A stretch of 64,000 nucleotides of DNA from contig OY760505.1 of assembly GCA_963663545.1 (NCBI GenBank), forward strand, positions 2,912,001-2,976,000. Reading direction: 5' to 3'. A program made the position numbers and the translations under genes. This stretch comes from Candidatus Delongbacteria bacterium. GTDB taxonomy: Bacteria > CAIWAD01. The notes under the pieces are model-generated. The model was not told the origin of the DNA and ran no database searches. It saw only the letters and a program-made list of their open reading frames with translations. Below, piece by piece: positions 1 through 8,938 of this stretch; position 1 is the stretch's first letter; every line of letters starts with the position of its first letter.

Positions 1-90
1 CGTGTGTATTACGAGGATTTTGTGACCGGCGATTCGTTCGATGCCGTAGAAGCGGCTCCAACAGCGCCCCCAAGCCAAGGATAGCACGAG

Positions 91-738
91 ATGAAGTTCT
101 TCATCGATACCGCCAATTTGGATGAGATCCGTGAGGCCAATGCCATCGGCATTCTGCACGGTGTGACCACCAACCCCACTCTCATCGCTCGCGAGAAGTG
201 CGATTTCCGCGGTCGCATCCTCGACATTTGCAAGATCGTGGACGGCCCGGTCAATGCCGAAGTCATCAGCCTGGATGCCGAGGGCATGATCCGCGAGGGC
301 AAGGAACTGGCTTCCATGCACGAGAACGTCTGTGTCAAGATTCCGATGACGGTCGAGGGCCTGAAGGCCGTGAGTGCCCTGTCCAAGGAAGGCATCATGA
401 CCAATGTCACGCTGATCTTCCAGCCGCTGCAGGCGCTGATGGCCGCGCGCGCGGGTGCCAGCTTCGTCAGCCCCTTCGTTGGTCGCCTGGATGACATCGG
501 CCAGGACGGCATGGAGCTGGTGGCGGACATCCGTCGTATCTACGACAACTTCAGCATCGACACCGAAATCATCGTAGCAAGCATTCGCAACCCGGTACAC
601 GTGCTGGATAGCGCTCGTCTGGGCGCCGATATTGCCACCATCCCCTTTAAGGTAATCCAGCAGTTGGCGCAGCATCCGCTGACCGACAAGGGAATCGCCG
701 CGTTCCTGAAGGATTGGGAGAACGTCCCCAAGGTTTGA
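91..738 (+). CDS. tal: Transaldolase (short TalC/FSA-like family)
   Basis: [15 protein letters not shown], Schiff-base Lys in [17 protein letters not shown] (Phe rather than Tyr fits transaldolase over FSA). Confidence 0.93.
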   Translation: MKFFIDTANLDEIREANAIGILHGVTTNPTLIAREKCDFRGRILDICKIVDGPVNAEVISLDAEGMIREGKELASMHENVCVKIPMTVEGLKAVSALSKEGIMTNVTLIFQPLQALMAARAGASFVSPFVGRLDDIGQDGMELVADIRRIYDNFSIDTEIIVASIRNPVHVLDSARLGADIATIPFKVIQQLAQHPLTDKGIAAFLKDWENVPKV

Positions 739-751
739 GGCTGGAGGCAAG

Positions 752-1936
752 ATGAGCCGCGTCGTACACCGCGTTCTCGAAGGAGTCTGGTTACTGGTAG
801 GCATGTTTCTGGGCCTGCTGCTGCTGCGCGCTTTCGTGCCCGGATTCGCCGGAGAAGAACAGGGCGGACTTTCCGACCCTGTTCAACGGGCGATGATCGG
901 TGATACATTGCGTAGTGCGCGACAGACGGCGATCACGCGTGCTGTATCACAAGTGGAACCCGCTGTTGTGGGTATCAACGTGACACAAATGCAGCGCACC
1001 ATCGAGCGTAGTCCCTATCGCCGCGATCCCTTCTGGGGCCAGTTTTTCCCCGATCGTATCATTGAAAGACCGGTTGAGAACCTGGGCAGCGGCTTTATCA
1101 TCAGTTCCGATGGTCTGACCTTGACCAACGAGCACGTCGTCCACAATGCATCGCAGATCCTTGTGACACTGGCTGACGGGCGCGAAGTGAGTGCAGAGCT
1201 GGTGGGCGCAGACTACAATTCGGACATCGCTTTGCTGGATCTTGAGGGCGAAGACTATGCGCACATCGACATGGGCGATAGCGACGCAGTCCTCATTGGT
1301 GAGTGGGTGATGGCCATCGGCAATCCTTACGGCCTTTTCGCAGCTTCCAAGCCAAGTGTCACGGTGGGCGTGATCAGTGCGAACGACCGCGATTTCGGCG
1401 CACAGCGCGACGAGCGCGTTTACAAAAGCATGATTCAGACTGACGCAGCCATCAACCCCGGCAACTCCGGCGGTCCGCTGGTCAACGTCGCCGGCGAGGC
1501 TGTAGCCATGAATACCATGATCTACAGCCAGAGCGGTGGCAGCGTGGGCCTGGGCTTCGCCATTCCCATCAATCGCGTGCGCGCGGTGTTGGGTGACCTG
1601 ATGACGAAGGGACACGTCGACCGCGACATCTGGACAGGCATCTGGATCCGTGACCTCAGCCAGCGCATGGCGCAGGCGCTGGGGTATCGCGGCGAGGGTG
1701 GAGTGCTGGTGGTCGAACTGAATCCGGACAGTCCGGCGGAAGAAGCGGGGCTGCAGGTCAACGATGTCATTTTGAGTATCAATGGAAACAAAGTGTCGGA
1801 CAGCGGAGCCGTGACACGCATTATCCTCGAAGAGGACGTCAAGGTGGGCGATCGCCTGATTCTTGAGGTGCTTCGCGAGGGGCGCATCCTAACCATTGCG
1901 ATGACGGCGGGTTCGCGCGAACGGCGCACACATTAG
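752..1936 (+). CDS. HtrA/DegP-family serine protease, N-terminal TM, single PDZ
   Basis: Triad motifs TNEHVV, SDIALL and IQTDAAINPGNSGGPL; C-terminal PDZ (SPAEEAGLQVNDVI). Confidence 0.93.
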   Translation: MSRVVHRVLEGVWLLVGMFLGLLLLRAFVPGFAGEEQGGLSDPVQRAMIGDTLRSARQTAITRAVSQVEPAVVGINVTQMQRTIERSPYRRDPFWGQFFPDRIIERPVENLGSGFIISSDGLTLTNEHVVHNASQILVTLADGREVSAELVGADYNSDIALLDLEGEDYAHIDMGDSDAVLIGEWVMAIGNPYGLFAASKPSVTVGVISANDRDFGAQRDERVYKSMIQTDAAINPGNSGGPLVNVAGEAVAMNTMIYSQSGGSVGLGFAIPINRVRAVLGDLMTKGHVDRDIWTGIWIRDLSQRMAQALGYRGEGGVLVVELNPDSPAEEAGLQVNDVILSINGNKVSDSGAVTRIILEEDVKVGDRLILEVLREGRILTIAMTAGSRERRTH

Positions 1937-1961
1937 CAGGACAGGAAAGCAGGAGACACGA

Positions 1962-2666
1962 GTGGCTCGCAAGAAAGTGATCACCGAGGGACGCACTAAG
2001 AAGTTGCTCGCCACCGAACAGGAGAACGTGCTTCACCTGGAATTCGGTGACGAGATTGTGCTGCCTGGCGGGCGGACCCGCAAGCTGTTCAAAGGTAAGG
2101 GCGAAGTCTGTGCCCGTTTCTCGGAGGCCCTGTTTCGCTACCTCGACAGTTACAACATCCAGAACCATTACATGGAACTGGTGGACGCCAACCTGCTGAA
2201 GGTGCGCCGCCTGAACATGATGCCCCTCACCATGATGGTGCGCAACGTGGCTACTGGCGATCTGGTGGAGCGTTTTGGTGTTGAGGAAGGCACCACCCTC
2301 GATTATCCTGTGCTGGAGATGTATCTGAAGCAACCGCAACAGGAACATGTGGCCATCAACGACTCACACTGCCTGGCCTTCAACCTGGCCACTCAGGACG
2401 AACTGCGCGCCATTTGTCGCATTGCCAGCAAAGCCAACGCCATTCTGCGCAGCTTCTTCGATCGCCGTGGCGTGCTCCTGGTGGATTTCCGCCTGGAGTT
2501 CGGCAAGCTCGGTAACAACATCGTCATTGCCGATGAGCTAAGTCCCGACAATTGCAGACTCTGGGATCGGCGCACGCGCAAGAAGTACGATTTCGAGTGC
2601 ATCCGCAGCGGTCACAGTAGTGCGGAAACCGTGTACCGCGAGATTCTGGAGAAGGTGCTCGCCTGA
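1962..2666 (+). CDS. purC: SAICAR synthetase (PurC)-like protein, divergent active site
   Basis: EGRTKK, GKGEV, VRNVATG, LLVDFRLEFG, IADELSPDNCRLWD; near purS and purQ. Confidence 0.8.
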   Translation: MARKKVITEGRTKKLLATEQENVLHLEFGDEIVLPGGRTRKLFKGKGEVCARFSEALFRYLDSYNIQNHYMELVDANLLKVRRLNMMPLTMMVRNVATGDLVERFGVEEGTTLDYPVLEMYLKQPQQEHVAINDSHCLAFNLATQDELRAICRIASKANAILRSFFDRRGVLLVDFRLEFGKLGNNIVIADELSPDNCRLWDRRTRKKYDFECIRSGHSSAETVYREILEKVLA

Positions 2667-3319
2667 TGAGAGTACACCCTGCGGGACGCGCTCCCGTGCT
2701 GAGCTGTTTGCTGATCTCACTAGCACTGATGGTGATGTGCCGCTGGTTGCCGCACACACTTGTTTGGCCCGCCATTGTCCTTGCCGCGTTCTTGCTTGCG
2801 GGTGCTTGCTTCCTGCTCTATTTCTACCGTGATCCGGAGCGTCAGCCCGACGGTTCCGGGCTGCTGTCCGCGGCCGATGGTTGCGTGGTCAAGATCCAGC
2901 ACGTAGAGCACTGTGTCGAAATCGACGGTCCGGCTACCATCCTTTCCATATTCATGAGCCCGTTGAATGTTCACGTCAACCGCGCCAGCATTGCAGGCCG
3001 GGTTACGGGTGTTGAATACCGGCCGGGAAAATACCTCGTTGCCTTCCATGACAAGGCCTCAGAATTGAACGAGGCCAACCTCATCGTTCTTCAAGATGAG
3101 CAGGGACGCAAGGTGGCCTTGCGTCAAATCGCGGGTGCCGTTGCACGTCGCATTCTCTGCCCGGCCAAGGTCGGTGATACATTGCAGCGAGGCGAACGCT
3201 ACGGTATGATTCAGTTCGGTTCCCGCGTGGACCATTTCCTGCCTCCCGCAGTCAAGCTTTGTGTCACGGAGCATGACAAGGTTCTGGCAGGGCAGACGGT
3301 GATCGGAGAGTGGTCATGA
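2666..3319 (+). CDS. psd: Phosphatidylserine decarboxylase proenzyme
   Basis: FYRDPER, SAADG, IFMSPLNVHVNR, QIAGAVARRI, GMIQFGSRVD cleavage motif. Confidence 0.93.
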   Translation: MRVHPAGRAPVLSCLLISLALMVMCRWLPHTLVWPAIVLAAFLLAGACFLLYFYRDPERQPDGSGLLSAADGCVVKIQHVEHCVEIDGPATILSIFMSPLNVHVNRASIAGRVTGVEYRPGKYLVAFHDKASELNEANLIVLQDEQGRKVALRQIAGAVARRILCPAKVGDTLQRGERYGMIQFGSRVDHFLPPAVKLCVTEHDKVLAGQTVIGEWS

Positions 3320-4122
3320 AACATCATTTGACCAAACTGCCCAACATGTTGACCTTCCTCAACCTCTTCGTAGGTTTCGCCGCCATCACCACCCTTTTGA
3401 ATCACGCCATGAATGGACGCGGTACTCCAACCCAGGCAGCCTGGTTCATCGTTATTGCAGCGGTCATCGACGGCATGGACGGCAAACTGGCGCGCAAGAT
3501 GAACCACCAGAGCCTTTTCGGCAAGGAGCTCGACAGCCTGGCGGATGTGGTCAGTTTTGGCCTGGCACCAGGAGTGCTTGTGTACGCGCTCTACTTTAGC
3601 AGTTGGGGCGATCGCGGTGCGCTCTGGGGCCTGGTCGGTTTGTGTTTCTCATCCCTGCCATTGATGTTCGGCTGTTACCGGCTGGCGCGCTACAACGTGG
3701 AAACGGGGCTGGAGAAGAAGAAGAGTAGCCATTTCAGCGGCATGCCCATTCCTGTTGGCGCTTGTCTGATTTCGGCCTGGGTGCTGTTTGCCAATGAAAT
3801 TGCCTCTCTTACAGGCCAGGATTTGACAGCCCCTCATTGGATGCGTCTGACTACGGCTGTCGTTGCCTTCAGCAGCTTCATGATGGTCAGCCGCGTGCGC
3901 TTTCAGGGTATGCCCATGCTAACCTTGCATGGCGGCTGGCAGAACCGCGTTGCCCTTTTCTTCTTGGTGGGCATGCTGGCGCTTGGTGTTGTAACGCCGC
4001 TGGCGTTGTTCCCGCTGGGACTGTATTACATCGGGTCCATGATCTGGCAGCATCTGCGTGATACAAATGAAGAGTTGGATGCCTATCCCTTGCAGGACGA
4101 CTCGGGACTGGACGACGAATAG
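3316..4122 (+). CDS. pssA: CDP-diacylglycerol--serine O-phosphatidyltransferase
   Basis: LPNMLT, DGMDGKLAR...FGKELDSLADVVSFGLAPG, RLARYN, FSGMPIP; ATGA overlap with psd. Confidence 0.92.
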   Translation: MKHHLTKLPNMLTFLNLFVGFAAITTLLNHAMNGRGTPTQAAWFIVIAAVIDGMDGKLARKMNHQSLFGKELDSLADVVSFGLAPGVLVYALYFSSWGDRGALWGLVGLCFSSLPLMFGCYRLARYNVETGLEKKKSSHFSGMPIPVGACLISAWVLFANEIASLTGQDLTAPHWMRLTTAVVAFSSFMMVSRVRFQGMPMLTLHGGWQNRVALFFLVGMLALGVVTPLALFPLGLYYIGSMIWQHLRDTNEELDAYPLQDDSGLDDE

Positions 4123-4163
4123 TTCACCCCGGTGTGGCCGGGATTAGTTTGGAGCAAGAATAC

Positions 4164-4427
4164 ATGATCCAGGTGCAGATTCGCATCATGCCCAAGGCTT
4201 CCATCCTTGACCCGCAGGGAAAGACCGTGCTGGGCGCGCTGGCCAACCTCGGCTTCGATCAGGCCACCGCTTGCCGCATGGGGAAGTTTGTCACCCTCGA
4301 TTTTCCCGAAATGGACCGTGAGGAGTTGGAGCGCGAAGTCGAGCAGATCTGCAGCCGTCTGCTTGTGAATCCAAACACCGAGACCTGGCAGGCGGAGTAC
4401 GTTCTCCTGCAGGGAGCGCAGGCATGA
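4164..4427 (+). CDS. purS: FGAM synthase subunit PurS
   Basis: ILDPQGKTV, RMGK, LLVNPNTE; ATG 4164 after GGAG. Confidence 0.92.
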   Translation: MIQVQIRIMPKASILDPQGKTVLGALANLGFDQATACRMGKFVTLDFPEMDREELEREVEQICSRLLVNPNTETWQAEYVLLQGAQA

Positions 4428-5128
4428 AAACCGGTGTGGTCGTCTTTCCCGGATCCAATTGCGATCACGATACCGCTTGGGTGCTCGGCGATCTGCTGGG
4501 TGCTGAAGTGGATTATTTGTGGCACAAAGAGCGTGTTACAAAGAAGTACGATCTCATCGTTCTGCCTGGTGGGTTTTCTTACGGAGACTATCTGCGCACG
4601 GGCGCTATCGCTCGCATTTCTCCCGTTATGGAAGATGTGCGCGTTCATGCAGAACAGGGACGCTACTTGCTTGGCATCTGCAACGGCTTTCAGATCCTGA
4701 CCGAAGCGGGTCTGCTTCCCGGTGCACTGATGACAAATGACTGCCTGCGCTTTGTCTGTCGTGACGTTTTCCTCAAGGTGGAACACCGTGATACAGCCTT
4801 CAGCGCTGAACTCGCCGCGGCGGGCGTGATACGTTTGCCCATCGCCCATCACGGAGGTCGATATGTGGCCGATGCGGACACGGTGAGTCGTCTTGAGGAT
4901 GAGGATCGCGTGCTTTTCCGCTACTGTGATGAGAACGGCCATGCCACACTCGAGGCCAACCCCAATGGCAGTGTGAACAATATCGCCGGCATTCTGAACG
5001 AGGGCCGCAATGTTCTGGGCATGATGCCACATCCCGAGAGGGCCGCGCACGAATCCATTGGTGGCGCAGATGGCTTTGGCGTGTTCCAGGGTGTGTCACA
5101 GGCGGTTGAAGCGCTTCAACTTCTGTAG
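4424..5128 (+). CDS. purQ: FGAM synthase glutaminase subunit PurQ
   Basis: VFPGSNCD, PGGFSYGDYLR, GICNGFQIL, NPNGS, GMMPHPER. Confidence 0.96.
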   Translation: MKTGVVVFPGSNCDHDTAWVLGDLLGAEVDYLWHKERVTKKYDLIVLPGGFSYGDYLRTGAIARISPVMEDVRVHAEQGRYLLGICNGFQILTEAGLLPGALMTNDCLRFVCRDVFLKVEHRDTAFSAELAAAGVIRLPIAHHGGRYVADADTVSRLEDEDRVLFRYCDENGHATLEANPNGSVNNIAGILNEGRNVLGMMPHPERAAHESIGGADGFGVFQGVSQAVEALQLL

Positions 5129-5133
5129 GACCT

Positions 5134-5901
5134 ATGACGGCCGGGAATAGCGCAGAAATGAGCTTTCTGGATCACCTGGCCGAGCTGCGCAAGCTGGTTG
5201 TGCAGGTGGTCGTGGTCACGCTTGTGGCTATGAGTGCCTGCTTCTTTTTAGCCCCGATCCTGCAAACCCTGCTGCTGGAACCACTGCATCGTGCTATTGC
5301 CATTTCCGGAGGCGAAGGCGGACTAGCACTACTGGCGCCAACCGAGGGCTTTATCGTTCAGCTACGCATTGCCTTCTTCGCCGGTGTGGTGCTCGCGTCT
5401 CCTGTGCTCTTTCTGTTATGCTGGCGCTTCTTTGCGCCTGCCCTCAAGCCCGGCGAGCGCTCCCGTGGCTTTCCGCTGCTGATTTCTGCTTCCTTCTTTT
5501 TCATGCTTGGAGTGGCTTTTGGCTGGTATGTCATGGGGTATGCTGTAGGTTTTTTCCTGCAGTACGGTAGCACAGACATTCCCAACGCCTGGTCGCTTGA
5601 CCGCTACATCCGTTTTGTGACACAACTCTGTTTGGCCTTCGGTGTGGTCTTTCAGCTTCCCGTTGTGATCCATCTACTGGCGCGTCTGGGTATCGTTGGA
5701 CCGGCTACCCTGGCCAAGTATCGTCGCCATGCCATCGTCGCCATCCTGATCCTGGCGGCAGCGTTGACTCCGCCTGATCCCTTCAGTCAGTTGCTTCTGG
5801 CCGCCCCTGTCTATTTGCTTTTCGAATTCTCTATTCTGCTGGCGCGCCTGGTTTACAAACCGCGTCGCCCCGATGCACACGACGCAAGCGCTGTGAGCTG
5901 A
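5134..5901 (+). CDS. tatC: Twin-arginine translocase subunit TatC
   Basis: MSFLDHLAELR, PTEGF, APAL, FGVVFQLP, LTPPDPFSQ. Confidence 0.94.
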   Translation: MTAGNSAEMSFLDHLAELRKLVVQVVVVTLVAMSACFFLAPILQTLLLEPLHRAIAISGGEGGLALLAPTEGFIVQLRIAFFAGVVLASPVLFLLCWRFFAPALKPGERSRGFPLLISASFFFMLGVAFGWYVMGYAVGFFLQYGSTDIPNAWSLDRYIRFVTQLCLAFGVVFQLPVVIHLLARLGIVGPATLAKYRRHAIVAILILAAALTPPDPFSQLLLAAPVYLLFEFSILLARLVYKPRRPDAHDASAVS

Positions 5902-5902
5902 T

Positions 5903-7294
5903 ATGCTATGTATCACCGAGTGGCGGAGCGCTGTGCGCAATCAGGGCCTTCTGCCTGCGCTGGATGCCCTGTTGAAGCGTGCAGTAGCGGATCCCCACAA
6001 TGCACTGTGTCACATTCAACGTGAACTCTGCTTCCAAGATGCTCCTCGCTGTGCGGAGCGTATCCTGTGTGATACAACGCGACCACTAGAGGGCGTTCCT
6101 TTGCTGATCAAGGACAATCTGGCGCAAGCTGGATGTCCACTCACCTGTGCATCACGCGTGTTATTTGGGTATGTGTCACCCTTTACTGCCACTTGTGTGC
6201 AGCGCGCGAAGGATGCCGGAGCTCTGATCGTCGGACGTACCAACATGGATGAGTTTGCCATGGGCAGCTCCGGTGAGCACAGTTCCTATGGACCCACACG
6301 CAATCCGCTGGATCCTGACCGTGTGCCAGGAGGAAGCTCTTCCGGCAGTGCGGCCGCCGTGGCAGCGGGATTGGTCCCCGTTGCGCTCGGAAGTGATACA
6401 GGCGGGAGCATTCGCCAACCTGCCGCCTGCTGCAATCTGACAGGGTTCAAACCGGGCTACGGCAAGATCAGTCGCAGCGGGCTTTGCGCATTTGCCAGCA
6501 GCCTGGACTGCGTCGGCCTGCTGGCAACCTGTGTCGACGACATTGCTCTGGTGTATCACAGCATCGCCGGGCCAGACCCTGCTGATCCCACAAGTCTGTT
6601 GCCTGAAACACAGGCCGAATCCTCTGCACCACGCAAGGCGATTGTGCTTGCTGATACATTGGCGTTGTGTGAGCCAGACTTTGCTGACGCCTTTCGGCAG
6701 TGTCTTCGTCTGTTGGCCGATGCCGGTTGGGAACTGTTGGAGTGTTGTGGACCCGACTGCGATCAGGCCCTGAGTGCCTATCTGGTGCTCGCAACGGCAG
6801 AGGCTTCCACCAATCTGGCCCGTTATGACGGCGTGCGCTATGGGCTTCGCGCCGAAGAACCGGAAGACGATTTTGCAGGCATGATCCGTCGGAGCCGAGG
6901 GCGCGGTTTCGGCACGGAGGTGCGCCGTCGAATATTGCTGGGCACCGCACTACTGGCGCACGGTTATGCGCCCGGCTATTACCAGCGTGCGCTACACTTG
7001 CGCGAACGCCTGAAGGCCGACTATGCTGCGCTTTTCGCTCAAGCTCCCTTGCTGCTTTCACCTACCATGCCGGCACTTCCCTTTCGCTTGGGCGAGCGTC
7101 TTGAGGACCCACAACGCATGTACCGCGCCGATCTGCTTACGGTTGGGGCAAGCCTGGCCGGGTTACCGGCGATTTCCCTGCCGACTGTGCCGCTCCGGGT
7201 TCCCTTCCGCCTTAGCTTGCAGCTGATGTCCGCTCGCGGGCGGGAGGATACGCTGCTTGCCGCCGCCAAAGAGGTGGAGAAGCTGTTCTCTTAG
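5903..7294 (+). CDS. gatA: Asp/Glu-tRNA amidotransferase subunit A (amidase)
   Basis: IKDN, TNMDEFAMGSS, GGSSSGSAAAVA, GSDTGGSIRQPA, SNLARYDGVRYG-like, FGTEVRRRILLGT. Confidence 0.9.
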   Translation: MLCITEWRSAVRNQGLLPALDALLKRAVADPHNALCHIQRELCFQDAPRCAERILCDTTRPLEGVPLLIKDNLAQAGCPLTCASRVLFGYVSPFTATCVQRAKDAGALIVGRTNMDEFAMGSSGEHSSYGPTRNPLDPDRVPGGSSSGSAAAVAAGLVPVALGSDTGGSIRQPAACCNLTGFKPGYGKISRSGLCAFASSLDCVGLLATCVDDIALVYHSIAGPDPADPTSLLPETQAESSAPRKAIVLADTLALCEPDFADAFRQCLRLLADAGWELLECCGPDCDQALSAYLVLATAEASTNLARYDGVRYGLRAEEPEDDFAGMIRRSRGRGFGTEVRRRILLGTALLAHGYAPGYYQRALHLRERLKADYAALFAQAPLLLSPTMPALPFRLGERLEDPQRMYRADLLTVGASLAGLPAISLPTVPLRVPFRLSLQLMSARGREDTLLAAAKEVEKLFS

Positions 7295-7422
7295 CCAGGA
7301 TATCGCAATGGTGCAGAAGCGCCGATTTCGACGCCTGCGCCCGCTTTGGAACCCCTTTTCTTCTGGCTCCTGCTCTTCTATATTAATCGTTTCGTCATCG
7401 GGACAAGACTACGGGAAAACGG

Positions 7423-8925
7423 ATGTGCCTGAACACCGGTGATCCGCAGGCGCGGATTGGGCTGGAAGTCCACGTACAACTGGAGTTGCGCACCAAGGCT
7501 TTCTGTTCCTGCGCGCTGAATTGCGCGCTGAATTGCGCGCTGACCGATGACGAGGCCGGACCCGACTCTGGCTGCTGTCCCGTTTGCCTGGGGCTGCCCG
7601 GCAGTCTTCCTGCGCTGAATGGCCAGATACCGGCATTGGCGGTTCGGCTGGCCATGGCACTGGAATCCCGTGTCGCCGCTCGCTGGTCCTTTGACCGCAA
7701 GAGTTACTTCTATCCGGATATGCCACGCGGCTACCAGATCACGCAGTGGCGAAATCCCTGCGCTACCGGTGGCCGCTTGCCCTTGCCGGTGGACGAGCAC
7801 GGCGAAGTGTTGTGTCACGGCGATGGTCGTTCGCGTGCTGCCTGGCGCCCTCTTCCTTTGCAGCGCCTGCATGTGGAGGAGGACGCGGGAAGCAGTCGGC
7901 ACAGCGGTGGCGGAAGCGAGGTCGATTATCGCCGGGCGGGAGCGCCGTTGGTGGAGATCGTCAGCGAGCCGCAGTTGCGGACTCCGGCAGAGGCTGTCGC
8001 GGCGCTGCGTCAATTGCGCCAGCTAGTGCGCTGGCTGGGAGTGGGAAACGCACAAGCCGAAACCGGCGGTTTGCGTTGTGATGGTAATCTTTCGCTCTCT
8101 GACACTGACGGAACGCTACTGGCGGGGCCGGTGGAGGTGAAGAATCTGAATTCGCTCCGTTTTCTCGAGCGCGCCTTGCACTACGAGGATGCCCGCTTGC
8201 GGAAAGCGTTGAAGGACGGTGTGCGCGTGGGGCGGGAATCCCGCGGCTACGACGAACAGGCGGATCGGACCTTTGCCATGCGCGACAAGGAGTCGGGTGC
8301 CGACTATCGCTATTCGCCCGAACCCGACCTGCCGGACCTGGTGCTGGAGGAATCCTGGCTGGATCAGCAGCGTGACACATTGTTGTTGCTGCCCTGGCAG
8401 GCGCGTGAGCAACTGGAGGAGCTCGGGCTATTACCGGCAGAGATCGAGGGACTGCTCGAGGATGCCGCTGCGGCTCGCTGGCTGCTCTCCTGGTCGCAAG
8501 AGCTTGAAATGGAAGATGCACGTGCCTTTGCGCACCGTCTGCTAGGGCGTGATACAAGGACCGCCTTACCGCTTCTCGCGGACGCTGGTGAACTTGTGCG
8601 CCTTCAGCATGAGCGACGTATCACGCGGCAAGGGGCGGATCGTCTGTTTTGGCTTCTTTGCGAGCGAAGCGTTGATGTGGCGACCCTGGCGCGGGAAGAG
8701 GGCCTGCTGCTTGAGCACGATGAGAAAGCGGCTGTTGAAGCCGTACATCGCGTACTGACGGATTGTCCCGATGAACTGGCGCGCTTGCGTGCCGGTGAGA
8801 AGCGTTTGCTGGAATACCTGCTGGGGCAGGTGTTAAGGCAATTGAAGAGAAATGCAGATCCGCGCCTGGTGCGTGCGCTTCTGCAAGAACACGTATCACA
8901 AGAGATCGACGCGGATCGATCCTAA
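7423..8925 (+). CDS. gatB: Asp/Glu-tRNA amidotransferase subunit B
   Basis: IGLEVHVQL, CPVCLGLPGSLP, FDRKSYFYPD, HVEEDAG, LRCDGNLS, EVKNLNS, DYRYSPEPDLP. Confidence 0.92.
   Translation: MCLNTGDPQARIGLEVHVQLELRTKAFCSCALNCALNCALTDDEAGPDSGCCPVCLGLPGSLPALNGQIPALAVRLAMALESRVAARWSFDRKSYFYPDMPRGYQITQWRNPCATGGRLPLPVDEHGEVLCHGDGRSRAAWRPLPLQRLHVEEDAGSSRHSGGGSEVDYRRAGAPLVEIVSEPQLRTPAEAVAALRQLRQLVRWLGVGNAQAETGGLRCDGNLSLSDTDGTLLAGPVEVKNLNSLRFLERALHYEDARLRKALKDGVRVGRESRGYDEQADRTFAMRDKESGADYRYSPEPDLPDLVLEESWLDQQRDTLLLLPWQAREQLEELGLLPAEIEGLLEDAAAARWLLSWSQELEMEDARAFAHRLLGRDTRTALPLLADAGELVRLQHERRITRQGADRLFWLLCERSVDVATLAREEGLLLEHDEKAAVEAVHRVLTDCPDELARLRAGEKRLLEYLLGQVLRQLKRNADPRLVRALLQEHVSQEIDADRS
7510..7543 (+). 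repeat. 12-bp tandem repeat (TGCGCGCTGAAT x about 2.8) inside gatB
   Basis: tgcgcgctgaat tgcgcgctgaat tgcgcgctga, encoding CALN-CALN-CALT. Confidence 0.9.
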
Positions 8926-8938
8926 CGAAGGACCAGGC

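Noticed and set aside
8852..8938. Upstream extension of the smc ORF
   Set aside because: Overlaps gatB; the conserved SMC N-terminus begins at ATG 8939.
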